Assembly (NCBI GenBank): GCA_965215005.1
Contig: CBDCCZ010000020.1
Span: 1-52,325 of the forward strand
Reading direction: 5' to 3'
From: Kofleriaceae bacterium
Lineage (GTDB): Bacteria; Myxococcota_A; Polyangia; Haliangiales; Haliangiaceae
Length of the DNA: 52,325 nt
This document shows positions 1 to 10,740 of the stretch, in pieces (position 1 is the first letter of the stretch; each line of letters opens with the position of its first letter). Under the pieces are notes generated by a model. It was not told the origin of the DNA and did not search any database. It saw only the letters and a list, made by a program, of their open reading frames with translations. A program made the translations under genes and the position numbers.

Positions 1-235
1 ATCAGAGGCAAACAGTCCCCCGCGAGCTACCAGCTGCAGCTTCTTGTCTTTCAAGAAGCGGCGTTTCTGAACCCCACGGGGTCGGAGTCGTTCGCCGACT
101 TGATCGGCAACGGTCTGATCGAGGCACGAAGGCAAGGGCTCGTTCGACGGCTTTGCCTGCGCGCCAACGGGTTTTGGACGACATCAGGAAGACGGCGACG
201 GAGGCCAACGCGGCGGTGCCGCGGAGCGTTCCCAT
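1..235 (-). CDS. Myxobacterial-type outer-membrane beta-barrel protein, 5' part only (runs off window start; one apparent frameshift)
   Basis: Signal-peptide-like MGTLRGTAALASVAVFLMSS. Removing one base from the T4 run at 172-175 gives ...AQAKPSNEPLPSCLDQTVADQVGERLRPRGVQKRRFLKDKKLQLVARGGLFASD, which resembles the VQKRxFLK...GGxxxSD start of myxobacterial OM beta-barrel proteins. Confidence 0.55.
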
Positions 236-346
236 CACTGCGGCGATCGTACTCCTCGGGCGACGAAACGGTCAAACGCACACCAACCGCATGGGCGCCG
301 CTCCTCCTTACATGTGCACCATGAAGCCGCGTAGCTGCATGATACG

Positions 347-1740
<1,394 letters not shown>

Positions 1741-1745
1741 CGCGA

Positions 1746-3026
1746 TCAGAAGCCGAGCTGGAGCGACAGCTGCAGCGTGAAGGCATCGAGTCGCTGATTC
1801 GAGCTGAGAAACTGGTCGTTGATGCCAGCTAGATTTCTGGCCTCATCGTCGGCTGGTAGCTCATCGAGAAAGAACACGTCGCCGGCGAGGTGGATGCGGA
1901 TCGCTTCGAACAGACCCCACACCAGGGTCTCTTCGGCGAAGGTGAGCACCGTGAGCTTGGCGCCGACGATGGCGTGACGCAGGCGACCGAGCTCGCGGTC
2001 GCCAGTGAAATACGCTCCCGCGGCGCTTTCGGTCTCGTAGAAGAAGGCATCTTTGAAGAACGTCGCTTCTTGCTGCTGGTAGACGCGAGCGCGCAAATGA
2101 AGGAGCAGGTCCGAGCCAGCGTACTGGCTGTAGCCGAGCTCGAGGCTGCCCGAGTTGACGCCCCAGGTGTCGCTGTAGCCGCGGGCCGAGAGGTGAATGG
2201 CACTGTGAGCGGCGACGATGTAGCGATTGAGCAGCGCGCTGAGCGCAATCCGGCCGCGGGTGTCAGGGATGTTCTCTTGCGGCTCGGCGGCGCCGATTCG
2301 AACGCGGCGATATGGGTTGGACTGAAACCCTTGCAGGACTTGCCCATAAAGACTCAGTTGTGCGTTGAGAGTGGGCGTTAGGTTCTGGCTGAGAGTCGCT
2401 TGAACGGTTTCGATCGCCAAATCGCGCCAGACCGTAGTTCCCGGGCTGTCTTGGCCGCTGAGCAGGCTGGTGCGACACGGATCGAGTCCGGTGAGCGCGC
2501 GGCGCTCGAGCGGCTCGGCTTGGGCGTTGTCCTTGTCGCAAACCTCATCCTCGCTGTGCGTATAGGCGAGCGCGAGATAGGTGTTCTTGCCCGGTAGTGC
2601 AACCTCGGCGTTGCCGCTCAAGCTCATCGATAGGTAGTCGCGTTCGGCGGCGGCGGCGACAGTGACGCCAAAGGATGCGCGGCTGCCGGCAAACGACAAC
2701 CCCAGGTGACCCTCATGACGCACGTCATCGAATGGCGTGGCGGTGGAGATGGCATCGGTTGCATATACTGCCGCGGTTGCGCCGGTGACGACGTCGGCGG
2801 CGTAGCCGGCGGCCACCGTGGAATGCTCGCCGGCATCGATGCTGGCATCGACACGCGGATTGATGACGGTGAGTCCGCCAAGGCCACCGCGCCGCGATTC
2901 TTGGTACCACGTGGTGGTGGTCTCGACCCGATCCTCGGCCCTGGCCGTGCCGAGCAACGCAACGGTCATGAGCACGGCGCAGCTCACCGTGCACCCTCGC
3001 CCGTGGACGAGTCGTACTAATTGCAT
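1746..3026 (-). CDS. DUF3570-family outer-membrane protein
   Basis: Motifs [35 protein letters not shown] and YFTGDREL; ends in aromatic F. Its start overlaps the GCGCN* end of the DUF4266 gene, the usual arrangement for this pair. Confidence 0.85.
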   Translation of the reverse strand: MQLVRLVHGRGCTVSCAVLMTVALLGTARAEDRVETTTTWYQESRRGGLGGLTVINPRVDASIDAGEHSTVAAGYAADVVTGATAAVYATDAISTATPFDDVRHEGHLGLSFAGSRASFGVTVAAAAERDYLSMSLSGNAEVALPGKNTYLALAYTHSEDEVCDKDNAQAEPLERRALTGLDPCRTSLLSGQDSPGTTVWRDLAIETVQATLSQNLTPTLNAQLSLYGQVLQGFQSNPYRRVRIGAAEPQENIPDTRGRIALSALLNRYIVAAHSAIHLSARGYSDTWGVNSGSLELGYSQYAGSDLLLHLRARVYQQQEATFFKDAFFYETESAAGAYFTGDRELGRLRHAIVGAKLTVLTFAEETLVWGLFEAIRIHLAGDVFFLDELPADDEARNLAGINDQFLSSNQRLDAFTLQLSLQLGF

Positions 3027-3232
3027 CCGCAGCCGCCGCCGCTGGTGCCACGCCCGCCGGCCGAACCCTCGCGGTTGGTGAGAACGTGCTCGCGGGCGGC
3101 GGCCTCTTGGCCGCGATCGAATTGCATGACCGGGTCGGCGAGAAATTCCTTCTCGCCGGCACGTACCGCCTGGCGACCGCAGCCGGCCAGGACCAGGAGC
3201 AGCAATGCGCTAAAAAAATATCGCCAGTCCAC
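3017..3232 (-). CDS. DUF4266-family small lipoprotein
   Basis: Lipobox LAGC, EKEFLADPVMQF, and C-terminal REGSAGG.G..GGGCGCN. Confidence 0.88.
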   Translation of the reverse strand: MDWRYFFSALLLLVLAGCGRQAVRAGEKEFLADPVMQFDRGQEAAAREHVLTNREGSAGGRGTSGGGCGCN

Positions 3233-3974
3233 CGGATAGCTCCTGCGCGCTCGAGGCGTCCTCGGGGTCCATTAGGGTCCAATTGCGAAAATCGAGCCGC
3301 ACCGTGATTTGCTTCTTGAACGTCATCTCGATGCCGCCGCCGGCGTTGATCGCTAGCAGCGTCTGGGGCTCATCGATGAAGTTGTCGGCTTTGGGCCGCA
3401 CGAAGGCCGCGCCTGCGCCGGCGTTCACATAGGGGCCGACTGCGGCGCCGGGAATCAATCGCAACGTCCAGCCGAGGCCGGAGACGAACACGTCGGTGGT
3501 GGCGCGAGGGCTCAAGCCGCCGAAGGCTTCGAGCGCCCAGTGCGCTTCGATGATCCACGACGGCCGCAGCAAAAAGAACCCCTCGGTGTCCAGCGCTCCG
3601 GCGGAGAACGACAGCTGCACGGCGCTGTCGGTCACCGGCGAGGGCGCGAACAACGTGTTGCGAACGGCTTGCCACATACCCGCAAAGAAGCCGCTAGGTG
3701 CCGCTGGAGGGTCTTCGAAGGGGAATACGTGGTCGCCGAAAATCCAGCCCGTGGTGCCGTCGTCGAGCTCGATGCGCAGCCAATAGCCGGTGGTCGCGCG
3801 TTCCAGTACTCGAAACACCTGTCCGCGCGCGGCGGTGTAGAGCAACCGATAACTCGTTGCTGGACCGCTGTGCACCGGCGCCTGTTGCGCGATCACCCGA
3901 ACGTGCACCTGCCGCTCCGCCGCCGCCGCTTCCGATAGCGACACCAGCAGCCCGACCACCACCATGACTCGCAT
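3210..3974 (-). CDS. Bacterial SH3 domain fused to a small outer-membrane beta-barrel
   Basis: Signal peptide, SH3b-like VHSGPATSY...GQVFRVL...WLRIELDDGTTGWI, then amphipathic strands (PYVNAGAG, NAGGG, VRLDFRN) ending GGLAIFF. Start could be 4004. Confidence 0.75.
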   Translation of the reverse strand: MRVMVVVGLLVSLSEAAAAERQVHVRVIAQQAPVHSGPATSYRLLYTAARGQVFRVLERATTGYWLRIELDDGTTGWIFGDHVFPFEDPPAAPSGFFAGMWQAVRNTLFAPSPVTDSAVQLSFSAGALDTEGFFLLRPSWIIEAHWALEAFGGLSPRATTDVFVSGLGWTLRLIPGAAVGPYVNAGAGAAFVRPKADNFIDEPQTLLAINAGGGIEMTFKKQITVRLDFRNWTLMDPEDASSAQELSGGLAIFF

Positions 3975-3985
3975 CGCGGTGATGG

Positions 3986-4411
3986 CTACTGGGGCGCAAG
4001 CCATTGGAGAAACAGCTCCTGAGACATCGAGCCGCCAGCAAACAAGTCGCCGCCGCCGTGCGGATCGATGCCAGCGAGTGGCTTGGTGAGCAGCGCGCTC
4101 GCCTCCGGGGTTCCGCAGTTGAGAAACCGGATGACGATGCTGTAGTTGAAGTCGTAATCGATGGGCTCGGTTGCCGATAGTCGCAGCGCGGAACGACCAT
4201 CGCTTTGTCGATGGCAGCCGCTGGCCGCAACGCAGGAGGCGTTGGGATCACTTGGCGCCAGGTAACTCGGCCACAGGACCTCGCGAAAATACGTGGGGTC
4301 GGGGCGACAGATGCCAGGATCGGGTGGCGCATCGCCAAGGTCGACCGTTGGGCAGCCGGCGCTCAGCGAAACCAGGCCTGCGAAGGCTAGAGCAACGAGA
4401 TTTCGGCGCAT
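3986..4411 (-). CDS. Hypothetical lipoprotein with a CxxxxxCH motif (possible c-type heme)
   Basis: Lipobox SAGC, CVAASGCH, PEASALLTKPL and HGGG. Overlaps or abuts the downstream gene. Confidence 0.65.
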   Translation of the reverse strand: MRRNLVALAFAGLVSLSAGCPTVDLGDAPPDPGICRPDPTYFREVLWPSYLAPSDPNASCVAASGCHRQSDGRSALRLSATEPIDYDFNYSIVIRFLNCGTPEASALLTKPLAGIDPHGGGDLFAGGSMSQELFLQWLAPQ

Positions 4412-4510
4412 GGTCGCAAACGATCCGAAGACTCAGCGTACACCCGCGTCCGCGCCGCTGTCACTTGCACCGCTGGCGACGAGCACACCCGCATGTAGGG
4501 GATGCTGCTT

Positions 4511-4548
4511 GCGGCGATTCCGCGGCGACTCCGCGGCGACTCCGCGGC
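4511..4548. repeat. 11-bp direct repeat GCGGCGA(T/C)TCC x3.5 in divergent intergenic region
   Basis: gcggcgattcc gcggcgactcc gcggcgactcc gcggc, read directly. Confidence 0.85.
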
Positions 4549-4688
4549 CCCGAGCCCTTGCCGCTCGGGAGCGGCCTTCTGTATCGTCTAATCTCGTGTC
4601 GCGGCCTCCTTCTGAACACCCTGCCAGTGACCGTTCTGCCGAGCGCATCACGGTAGGACGGGGTCGGCTCCACGCCGACGTGAGCGGC

Positions 4689-7283
4689 ATGTTCGCGCTG
4701 CGTGGAGCACGGAGCCCGCTGGTAGGCCGCGACCAGCAGCTGGCAGCCATGCGCGAGGTCCTTGCGCACGCTGTCGATTTCCACGCCCCTCAGCTCATCA
4801 CCATCATCGGCAACCAGGGCACCGGCAAGAGTCGGTTGGTGGCCGAGTTGGTCGCGCGCCACATCGAGACGCCAACGCGCGTGTTTCACGGCCGAGCCGG
4901 CGAGGGCGGGCTGCGCTTTGGCGTCGTCACCAGCCTGCTTCGCGACCGCTTTGGAATCACCGAAGCGATGACCGGCGAGGCTGCGATGGCCGCATTTCAG
5001 CGCGAGGTCACGCGGGTGTTCGACGACCAACGGGTCGCCGAGGTGCTGCATTTTCTCGGCGGCTTCCTAGAGCTTGGATTTCCCGACTCGCCGTTTCTGC
5101 GGGTTCTCAAAGAAAGCCCTCGGCAGCACGAGGAGATCGCGCGTACCGTGTTGCGGCGCTTCATCGAGGTCGATGCTCGCAACTCGCCGTTGGTGCTCGT
5201 GCTCGATGACCTGCAGTGGGCTGATGACGACTCGCTGGTGGTGTTGCGCGAGCTCGGAGCCGGTCTGGGCGGCTCTGCGGTCGCGCTGATCGCCTGCACG
5301 CGCCCGGAGATGCTCATGCGTTGCCCAGATTGGGGCACGGGCGCAACTGATCATCGCCGCATCGACTTGCGCAACCTCGAGCCCGATGACGCGGCAGCCA
5401 TGTTTGCCAATCTATTATCACGATGCGGCGAGGTGCCGGAGGATATCGCTTGGGACGCCGTGGAAATGACCGGGGGCAACCCGAGCTTTCTCGAGCAGCT
5501 CGTTCAGCTGTTCATCGAGAATCAGGTCATCGACACCAGCGGCTCGAGCTGGCGCCTCGACGCCGACAAGGCGCTCGATATCGAGCTGCCGATCAGCATC
5601 GAAGAAGCCATTGAAGCGCGGATTGCGGCGCTCGAGCCACCGGAGCGCGCGGTGCTCGAGAAGGGCGCGGTGTTTGGCAACGTGTTCTGGCAAAGCGCCA
5701 TCGTCGCGCTCACGCGGGTCGAAGATAGCGAGGCGAGCCAGCCACCGGCGCCCGCAGATCCCCTCGAGTTGCCGTGGACCGACGACGACGCCAGCCGTCG
5801 CGTCGCCGCGGTGATCGACGAGCTCGCGCAGCGCGACTACGTGCTCAAGCTCGATGCAGAAGACTCCACCATCCCCGGCGATGTCGAGGTGGTCTTCAAG
5901 CACAACCTCGAGCGTGAGCTCATCGCCCGCAGCACCGAGAGCGGGCGACTGCGCCGCTATCATCGACTCGCGGCGCAGTGGCTGGAAACGCGGCTTATCG
6001 GCCGCTCCGAAGAGCAGCTCGAGTTTCTCGCGCAGCTCTACGAGCGCGGCGGCGATACCCAGCAGGCCGCGCGCTGCTATATCGCGGGCGCCGAAAAAGC
6101 CAGGCTGCGCTACGCCAACGAAGAAGCCGTGGAGCTCTACGGCCGCGGCTTGGCAATGGTCGGAGAGGATGACGTGGTGGCGCGGATGGAGGCGCTGCAC
6201 AATAGCGGCGTGGTGCTCGATTTGGTAGGTCGCACGACCGATGCGGTGGTGCGCTTCACCGATATGCTGCAGCTGGCATGGCTATACGACAATCAAGCCA
6301 AGGCCGGAGCTGCGCATAGCCGCCTCGGCCGCATTTGCCGCCAGCAGGGCAATTACGATCGCGCCATGGATCATCTTCGCGAGGCCAGCGGCTTGTTCCG
6401 CCGCGCCGGCGACGATCGCGGTATCGCTGCAACTCTCGACGACATCGGCAAGGTCCATTGGCTACGTGGCGCCTACGGACAGGCGCTCGATTTTCATCGC
6501 CAGGCGCTGGCGATTCGCCGGGCGCTTGGCGATCGTCGCTCGATCGCGCTGTCGTTGGCCAACATCGGCCGCGTGCATCACGATTCTGGTGGCTTCAAGG
6601 CCGCCATCGCGCAGTTTCGCGAGGCGCTCGATCTGCGGCGTGACATCGGCGATCTCAGCGGTGTCGTGCAGTCGCTCTGCGACCTCGGCGGCGTTCACAC
6701 CGAAGACGGCACGCTCGAGATGGCGCTCGAGCTCTTCGAGGAAGCGCGGCGTATCGCGGTGGACATCGGCGATAAGCTCGCTCTCACCGACGTGCTGTCG
6801 CGGATGGGCGAGTGCCTCAGCGTCATGGGGCGAGGAAGCGAAGCGGCGGCGGTGCTCGAAGAGGCGATCGAGCTGGCGCGCAGCTTGGGTGATCGGGTGG
6901 CACTTTCGGAGTGCTCGCGGCGACTGGCGGAGGTGCAGCTCGGGCTCGGCGAGCTCGAGGCCGCCGAGCAGAGCGCCCAGCGCGCGCTCGAGATTTCCGA
7001 GGCAGTCGGCTCACGGGTCCACATCGGCAACGCGCATCGGGTGCTCGCGGAAGCGGCGGCGGCGCGCGGCCTCGAGGGCGGTGGCCGAGAGCGCGCCGAA
7101 GAGCACTTTCGCCGCTCGGTCGACATTCTCGCGGGCATGAAAAACGAGCTCGAGCTAGCGCGGTGCTATCGCGCGTTCGCGATCTTTCGCGACCGCTGCG
7201 GCCTGGCCGAAGACGCCACCAAGCTGCGCCGGCGCGCCGACGAGATCTACGGCCGACTGCGCGGCGCTGCTGCGATTGAGTAG
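4689..7283 (+). CDS. AAA-ATPase (STAND-like) plus TPR-repeat protein
   Basis: PLVGRDQQL, Walker A GNQGTGKS, Walker B VLVLDDLQWAD, TGGNPSFLEQL, FKHNL.RE, then many TPR repeats (ALAIRRALGDRRSIALSLANIG). Start placed at ATG 4689 because the upstream in-frame extension is not domain-like. Confidence 0.85.
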   Translation: MFALRGARSPLVGRDQQLAAMREVLAHAVDFHAPQLITIIGNQGTGKSRLVAELVARHIETPTRVFHGRAGEGGLRFGVVTSLLRDRFGITEAMTGEAAMAAFQREVTRVFDDQRVAEVLHFLGGFLELGFPDSPFLRVLKESPRQHEEIARTVLRRFIEVDARNSPLVLVLDDLQWADDDSLVVLRELGAGLGGSAVALIACTRPEMLMRCPDWGTGATDHRRIDLRNLEPDDAAAMFANLLSRCGEVPEDIAWDAVEMTGGNPSFLEQLVQLFIENQVIDTSGSSWRLDADKALDIELPISIEEAIEARIAALEPPERAVLEKGAVFGNVFWQSAIVALTRVEDSEASQPPAPADPLELPWTDDDASRRVAAVIDELAQRDYVLKLDAEDSTIPGDVEVVFKHNLERELIARSTESGRLRRYHRLAAQWLETRLIGRSEEQLEFLAQLYERGGDTQQAARCYIAGAEKARLRYANEEAVELYGRGLAMVGEDDVVARMEALHNSGVVLDLVGRTTDAVVRFTDMLQLAWLYDNQAKAGAAHSRLGRICRQQGNYDRAMDHLREASGLFRRAGDDRGIAATLDDIGKVHWLRGAYGQALDFHRQALAIRRALGDRRSIALSLANIGRVHHDSGGFKAAIAQFREALDLRRDIGDLSGVVQSLCDLGGVHTEDGTLEMALELFEEARRIAVDIGDKLALTDVLSRMGECLSVMGRGSEAAAVLEEAIELARSLGDRVALSECSRRLAEVQLGLGELEAAEQSAQRALEISEAVGSRVHIGNAHRVLAEAAAARGLEGGGRERAEEHFRRSVDILAGMKNELELARCYRAFAIFRDRCGLAEDATKLRRRADEIYGRLRGAAAIE

Positions 7284-7291
7284 GGAGTAAG

Positions 7292-8560
7292 ATGGATATC
7301 GGCATCGTTGCAGCGCGCGTCGACGCGCTGGTTCCTGACGCCGTTCGCCAGGTGTGCGCGCAGCTGGTGGACGCAGGGCATGAGGCGTGGACGGTAGGCG
7401 GCGCTGTGCGCGATGCCGCGCTCGGACGCAATCCCGGCGACTGGGACATCGCGACCAGCGCGCTGCCGGAAGCGGTGGTGGCGCTGTTTCCCAAGACGAT
7501 CCCCACCGGGCTGCAACATGGCACCGTGACGGTGGTGATAGGCCGCGGCCGCCAGCGCCACGCTATCGAGGTGACCACGTTCCGTGGGGACGGGGCGTAC
7601 ACCGACGGGCGGCACCCGGATTCGGTGCGGTTTGGGGTGCCGCTGCAAGAGGATCTGGCCCGGCGTGACTTCGTGATCAACGCGATGGCCTTCGACCCGA
7701 TCGCCCGGCAGGTGGCGGATCCCTTCGGCGGCTTAGCCGATCTGGCGGCGCGAGTGGTGCGCGCGGTGGGCCAGCCTGAGGTTCGCTTCGCCGAGGATGG
7801 GCTGCGCGTGATGCGCGCCATTCGGTTTGCGGCGGTGCTCGGCTTTGCGCTCGATCCGGCGACCGAAGCCGCGATTTCGACCGCGCTGACCTCGCTGGCC
7901 AAGGTGTCGGCAGAGCGGGTGCGCGAGGAGCTCTACAAGACGCTGGCGGCGCCGCGGCCGTCGATCGGGCTGGCGCTGGCGCGCTCCACGGATATTCTGC
8001 AGCACGTTCTGCCCCAGCTCGCGGCGCTCGATACAGCGGCGTGGACCACGACCTTGGCGCGCGTCGATGCGGCGTCCGCTGCCGCCTCGCTGCGCATGGC
8101 GGCGCTCTGCTATGCCCTCGGCCCTGATGCCGCCGAGGCCGCGGCGAGGCGTCTCAAAGTCAGCAACGCCGACCGTGAGCTCGTCGTTGCCCTCGCCACC
8201 GCGGCGCCGGAGTGGCAGACGTTGCCGAGCAGCGCGGGCGATTTACGCCGATGGCTCGCGCAGCTCCGTCGCGACCGGATTCCCGCTCTGTTGGCGCTTT
8301 GGGACGCGGTCGCCGCGAGCGAAGGTCATCCCGCCGCGCTGCGCGACGCGTCGGCACGGGTGGCCGCGATTCTCGCCGCCGGTGACCCGCTCACCACCCG
8401 CGAGCTCGCAATTGGCGGCGGCGATATCATTGCTGCCTTGGCGATTCCCGCGGGCCCCGCCGTCGGCAGGATTCTGGCCGCGCTCCTCGAACGAGTGTTC
8501 GACGAGCCGGCCGCCAATCAACCCGACCAGCTTCTGCGTTGGGCTGCAGAGCTCGCCTAG
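7292..8560 (+). CDS. cca: Class II tRNA nucleotidyltransferase (CCA-adding enzyme)
   Basis: VGGAVRD, DWDIAT, EVTTFRGDGAYTDGRHP (flexible loop present), EDLARRDFVINAMA, EDGLRVMRAIRF, VSAERVREEL. Confidence 0.85.
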   Translation: MDIGIVAARVDALVPDAVRQVCAQLVDAGHEAWTVGGAVRDAALGRNPGDWDIATSALPEAVVALFPKTIPTGLQHGTVTVVIGRGRQRHAIEVTTFRGDGAYTDGRHPDSVRFGVPLQEDLARRDFVINAMAFDPIARQVADPFGGLADLAARVVRAVGQPEVRFAEDGLRVMRAIRFAAVLGFALDPATEAAISTALTSLAKVSAERVREELYKTLAAPRPSIGLALARSTDILQHVLPQLAALDTAAWTTTLARVDAASAAASLRMAALCYALGPDAAEAAARRLKVSNADRELVVALATAAPEWQTLPSSAGDLRRWLAQLRRDRIPALLALWDAVAASEGHPAALRDASARVAAILAAGDPLTTRELAIGGGDIIAALAIPAGPAVGRILAALLERVFDEPAANQPDQLLRWAAELA

Positions 8561-8587
8561 CAGCGAGCGCGCGGCTTGGCACCCGGA

Positions 8588-10006
8588 TCAGCGACGCAGG
8601 CGCGCCGTCGCATCGACCACCGTGGCGCCGGTTGGAGTCACCACGATGCGACTGATATCGAGCTCGCGCAGAAGGTCTGCATGGTCGCTGGCGAGGTAGG
8701 AAATCCGCACCAAGGTGTCGGCGAGAGCGTCGCGATCGGGGGCTTGGTCGCCGGCGCGGCTGGCGACGAGCTTAGCGGTGATGGCTTCGGCATCGACGCG
8801 AGAGAGGGGCGCGGGCGCCGCGAGACTCTCGGTGGCGCCGGCAATATCGATCACCGCGATCCACCCGAGCGACTCGATGGGCTCGAAGCGAGCGGCGACC
8901 TCGCGTCCGGCGGGCGGAGTCTCGCGAACGATGACTGGCGCGCCGGTGGGCAGGCCCGCGGCCCGCGCCACGGCCGCGTAGCCGCGACGGACATCGGCGG
9001 CGGTTTGCAGATCGGTCTCTACCGGGCACCCGTCGCGCTCGCTGGCGACATCGGGTCCCCATGGTTTGAGCTGGACCGGATAGCCCGCTCGCTTGGCAAG
9101 TCGCGTGGCCGCCGAGGGCGTGGTCGCCACCGCTTGCCGCAGGATCGGCACCCCGTAGGAAGCGAGCAGGACCTTGCACTCGTGATCGCCCACCCGGTCG
9201 CCGACCTTGTCGAGCTGGCGGTCGAAGCGATCGAGGTCGGGCTCAAAGTCGCGGTCGGCGGCGGTACCGGGGCCCAAACCGAGCTCGAGGCGACGACCGA
9301 GGTTTCCGAGCGCGGCGGCGGCGGCGAGCGCGGGACGCAGGCCGATCAGTGGTAGCCGAATTTCTGGCTCGAGCAGCTCGGCGCGACCGAGCACCGGTAT
9401 CACAACGGCGCCGCCGACCTTGCCAGGGGCGTCGGCGACCGCGGCGGCGTCGACGAGGACGACGTCTACGGGCTCTACGGCGGCAACGCTGCTACTCAAG
9501 CTCGGGGCGCGGGTGAGGGCGCTGGCGGCTCGAGCGAGCGCGGCCGCCGCCGCTTCGAGCCAGCTTCCCGGCGGCGCGACCACCGCCACCCGACCTCCGG
9601 ACGGCAGCCCGTACCCAGCGATCCACGCAATGGCTTCGATCCAGGCATCGGGGTCGTCGCAGAGCACCGCGCCAGCGCTCTGCAGAAACGCCGTTGCTGC
9701 CAGGACATTGCGCTGCTGGGCCCGCTCGCGCGCGGGCATCGCCAGAACCACCAGCGGGCGGCGGTCGCGGGCGAGCTGAGTTGCCGCCTCGGCGATACTT
9801 GCGGCCAACGCCGGAGTGATTGGTCCCGCAGGCGCATACGCCACGACCTCGCTATCGGCAGCCAACGCTTGATCGAGCGGCATCAGCTCGCAGGCGATGC
9901 CGCGCTTGCCGAGCACCGCGGCGGCTTCGGCGCGCGTTGCCTCGCCACCGGCGGCAAGCGCGACACGGGGGGCGGTGCGCGTCTCGGGCTGAGCGGCTGG
10001 CTTCAT
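8588..10006 (-). CDS. ADP-forming acetate/acyl-CoA ligase-like protein with C-terminal ATP-grasp domain (degenerate)
   Basis: C-terminal HECKVLLASYGVP, GYPVQLK and VVDATARL match ATP-grasp_5; the middle resembles the succinyl-CoA-ligase-like domain (AGAVLCDD, P.GGRVAVV). ATGA overlap with the etfB-like stop. Confidence 0.7.
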   Translation of the reverse strand: MKPAAQPETRTAPRVALAAGGEATRAEAAAVLGKRGIACELMPLDQALAADSEVVAYAPAGPITPALAASIAEAATQLARDRRPLVVLAMPARERAQQRNVLAATAFLQSAGAVLCDDPDAWIEAIAWIAGYGLPSGGRVAVVAPPGSWLEAAAAALARAASALTRAPSLSSSVAAVEPVDVVLVDAAAVADAPGKVGGAVVIPVLGRAELLEPEIRLPLIGLRPALAAAAALGNLGRRLELGLGPGTAADRDFEPDLDRFDRQLDKVGDRVGDHECKVLLASYGVPILRQAVATTPSAATRLAKRAGYPVQLKPWGPDVASERDGCPVETDLQTAADVRRGYAAVARAAGLPTGAPVIVRETPPAGREVAARFEPIESLGWIAVIDIAGATESLAAPAPLSRVDAEAITAKLVASRAGDQAPDRDALADTLVRISYLASDHADLLRELDISRIVVTPTGATVVDATARLRR

Positions 10007-10740
10007 TTGAGAAGGCGGGCCTCCACCAAACGAGCGACGAGCTCGCCGGGGTCGTGCGCGATAAAGGCGTTGCATCCGCTGCGCGTTGGCTGCAGAGCGC
10101 CCACGTACTGCGTTCGCGCCGCAAGACGTGCTTTGTCGATCCCGAGCTCGTCGAGCGTGAGCTGCTCGATCGTACCGCTGGCGGTGCTCACTCGTCCGCT
10201 GTCGGCATCGGCGCGGGCCGTGTGGGCAATGCACAGCACCGCTGGACCGCGTACCCGCAACCGGAGCTGCCGCCCATCGCCGCGGCAGGTGACCAGCAAC
10301 GCGTGACTGCCATCGTCTGCGCGCTCGGCAGCCGCCTCGAGCACCGCGGGGAGATGCGGCCAGCCGAGTCGCTCGGCGAGAGCGGGACCCAGAGCGCCGC
10401 TCAGCTCGTCCTGGCTGCGATCACCGCAGATCGCCCGATCAACGCCCAGATGCCGCAGCGCCGCGGCCAGAATTTCAGCCTTGGCGAGATAGTCGAGCTC
10501 CTCGATGCCCTCGTCGCTGACTCGCAAGGCGCCGTCGCAGCCGGCCCGCAGTGCCATTGCCAGCACCCGATCTTCTGCTGCCGATCCGAGCGCCACCGCA
10601 AGCAGCTCGCCTCCACACGCGCCGCGGAGCGCCAGCGCGGCACCGAGCGCCGCCCGCTCGCACGCGCCCAGTACTTCGTCATCCAAGCTTCCCACCAGCG
10701 GCCCCAGCCGGCGCAGCAGCACCGCCATGGGTGCGCTCAC
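10003..10740 (-). CDS. Electron transfer flavoprotein beta-subunit-like protein (divergent)
   Basis: LLAVALG, ALRAGCDGALRVSD, D.LAKAEILAAAL, ICGDRSQDELSGALGPALAERLGWP, IEQLTLDELGI. Confidence 0.75.
   Translation of the reverse strand: MSAPMAVLLRRLGPLVGSLDDEVLGACERAALGAALALRGACGGELLAVALGSAAEDRVLAMALRAGCDGALRVSDEGIEELDYLAKAEILAAALRHLGVDRAICGDRSQDELSGALGPALAERLGWPHLPAVLEAAAERADDGSHALLVTCRGDGRQLRLRVRGPAVLCIAHTARADADSGRVSTASGTIEQLTLDELGIDKARLAARTQYVGALQPTRSGCNAFIAHDPGELVARLVEARLLK

Noticed and set aside
4293..4688. 132-aa N-terminal extension of the AAA-TPR ORF
   Set aside because: It overlaps the opposite-strand lipoprotein gene and the intergenic repeat and is not domain-like; ATG 4689 is preferred.
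7292..8560. Poly(A) polymerase or CC-only adding enzyme
   Set aside because: No PAP-specific signature was recognised and the flexible loop (GDGAYTDGRHP) is present, favouring a CCA-adding enzyme. An A-adding enzyme is not excluded.
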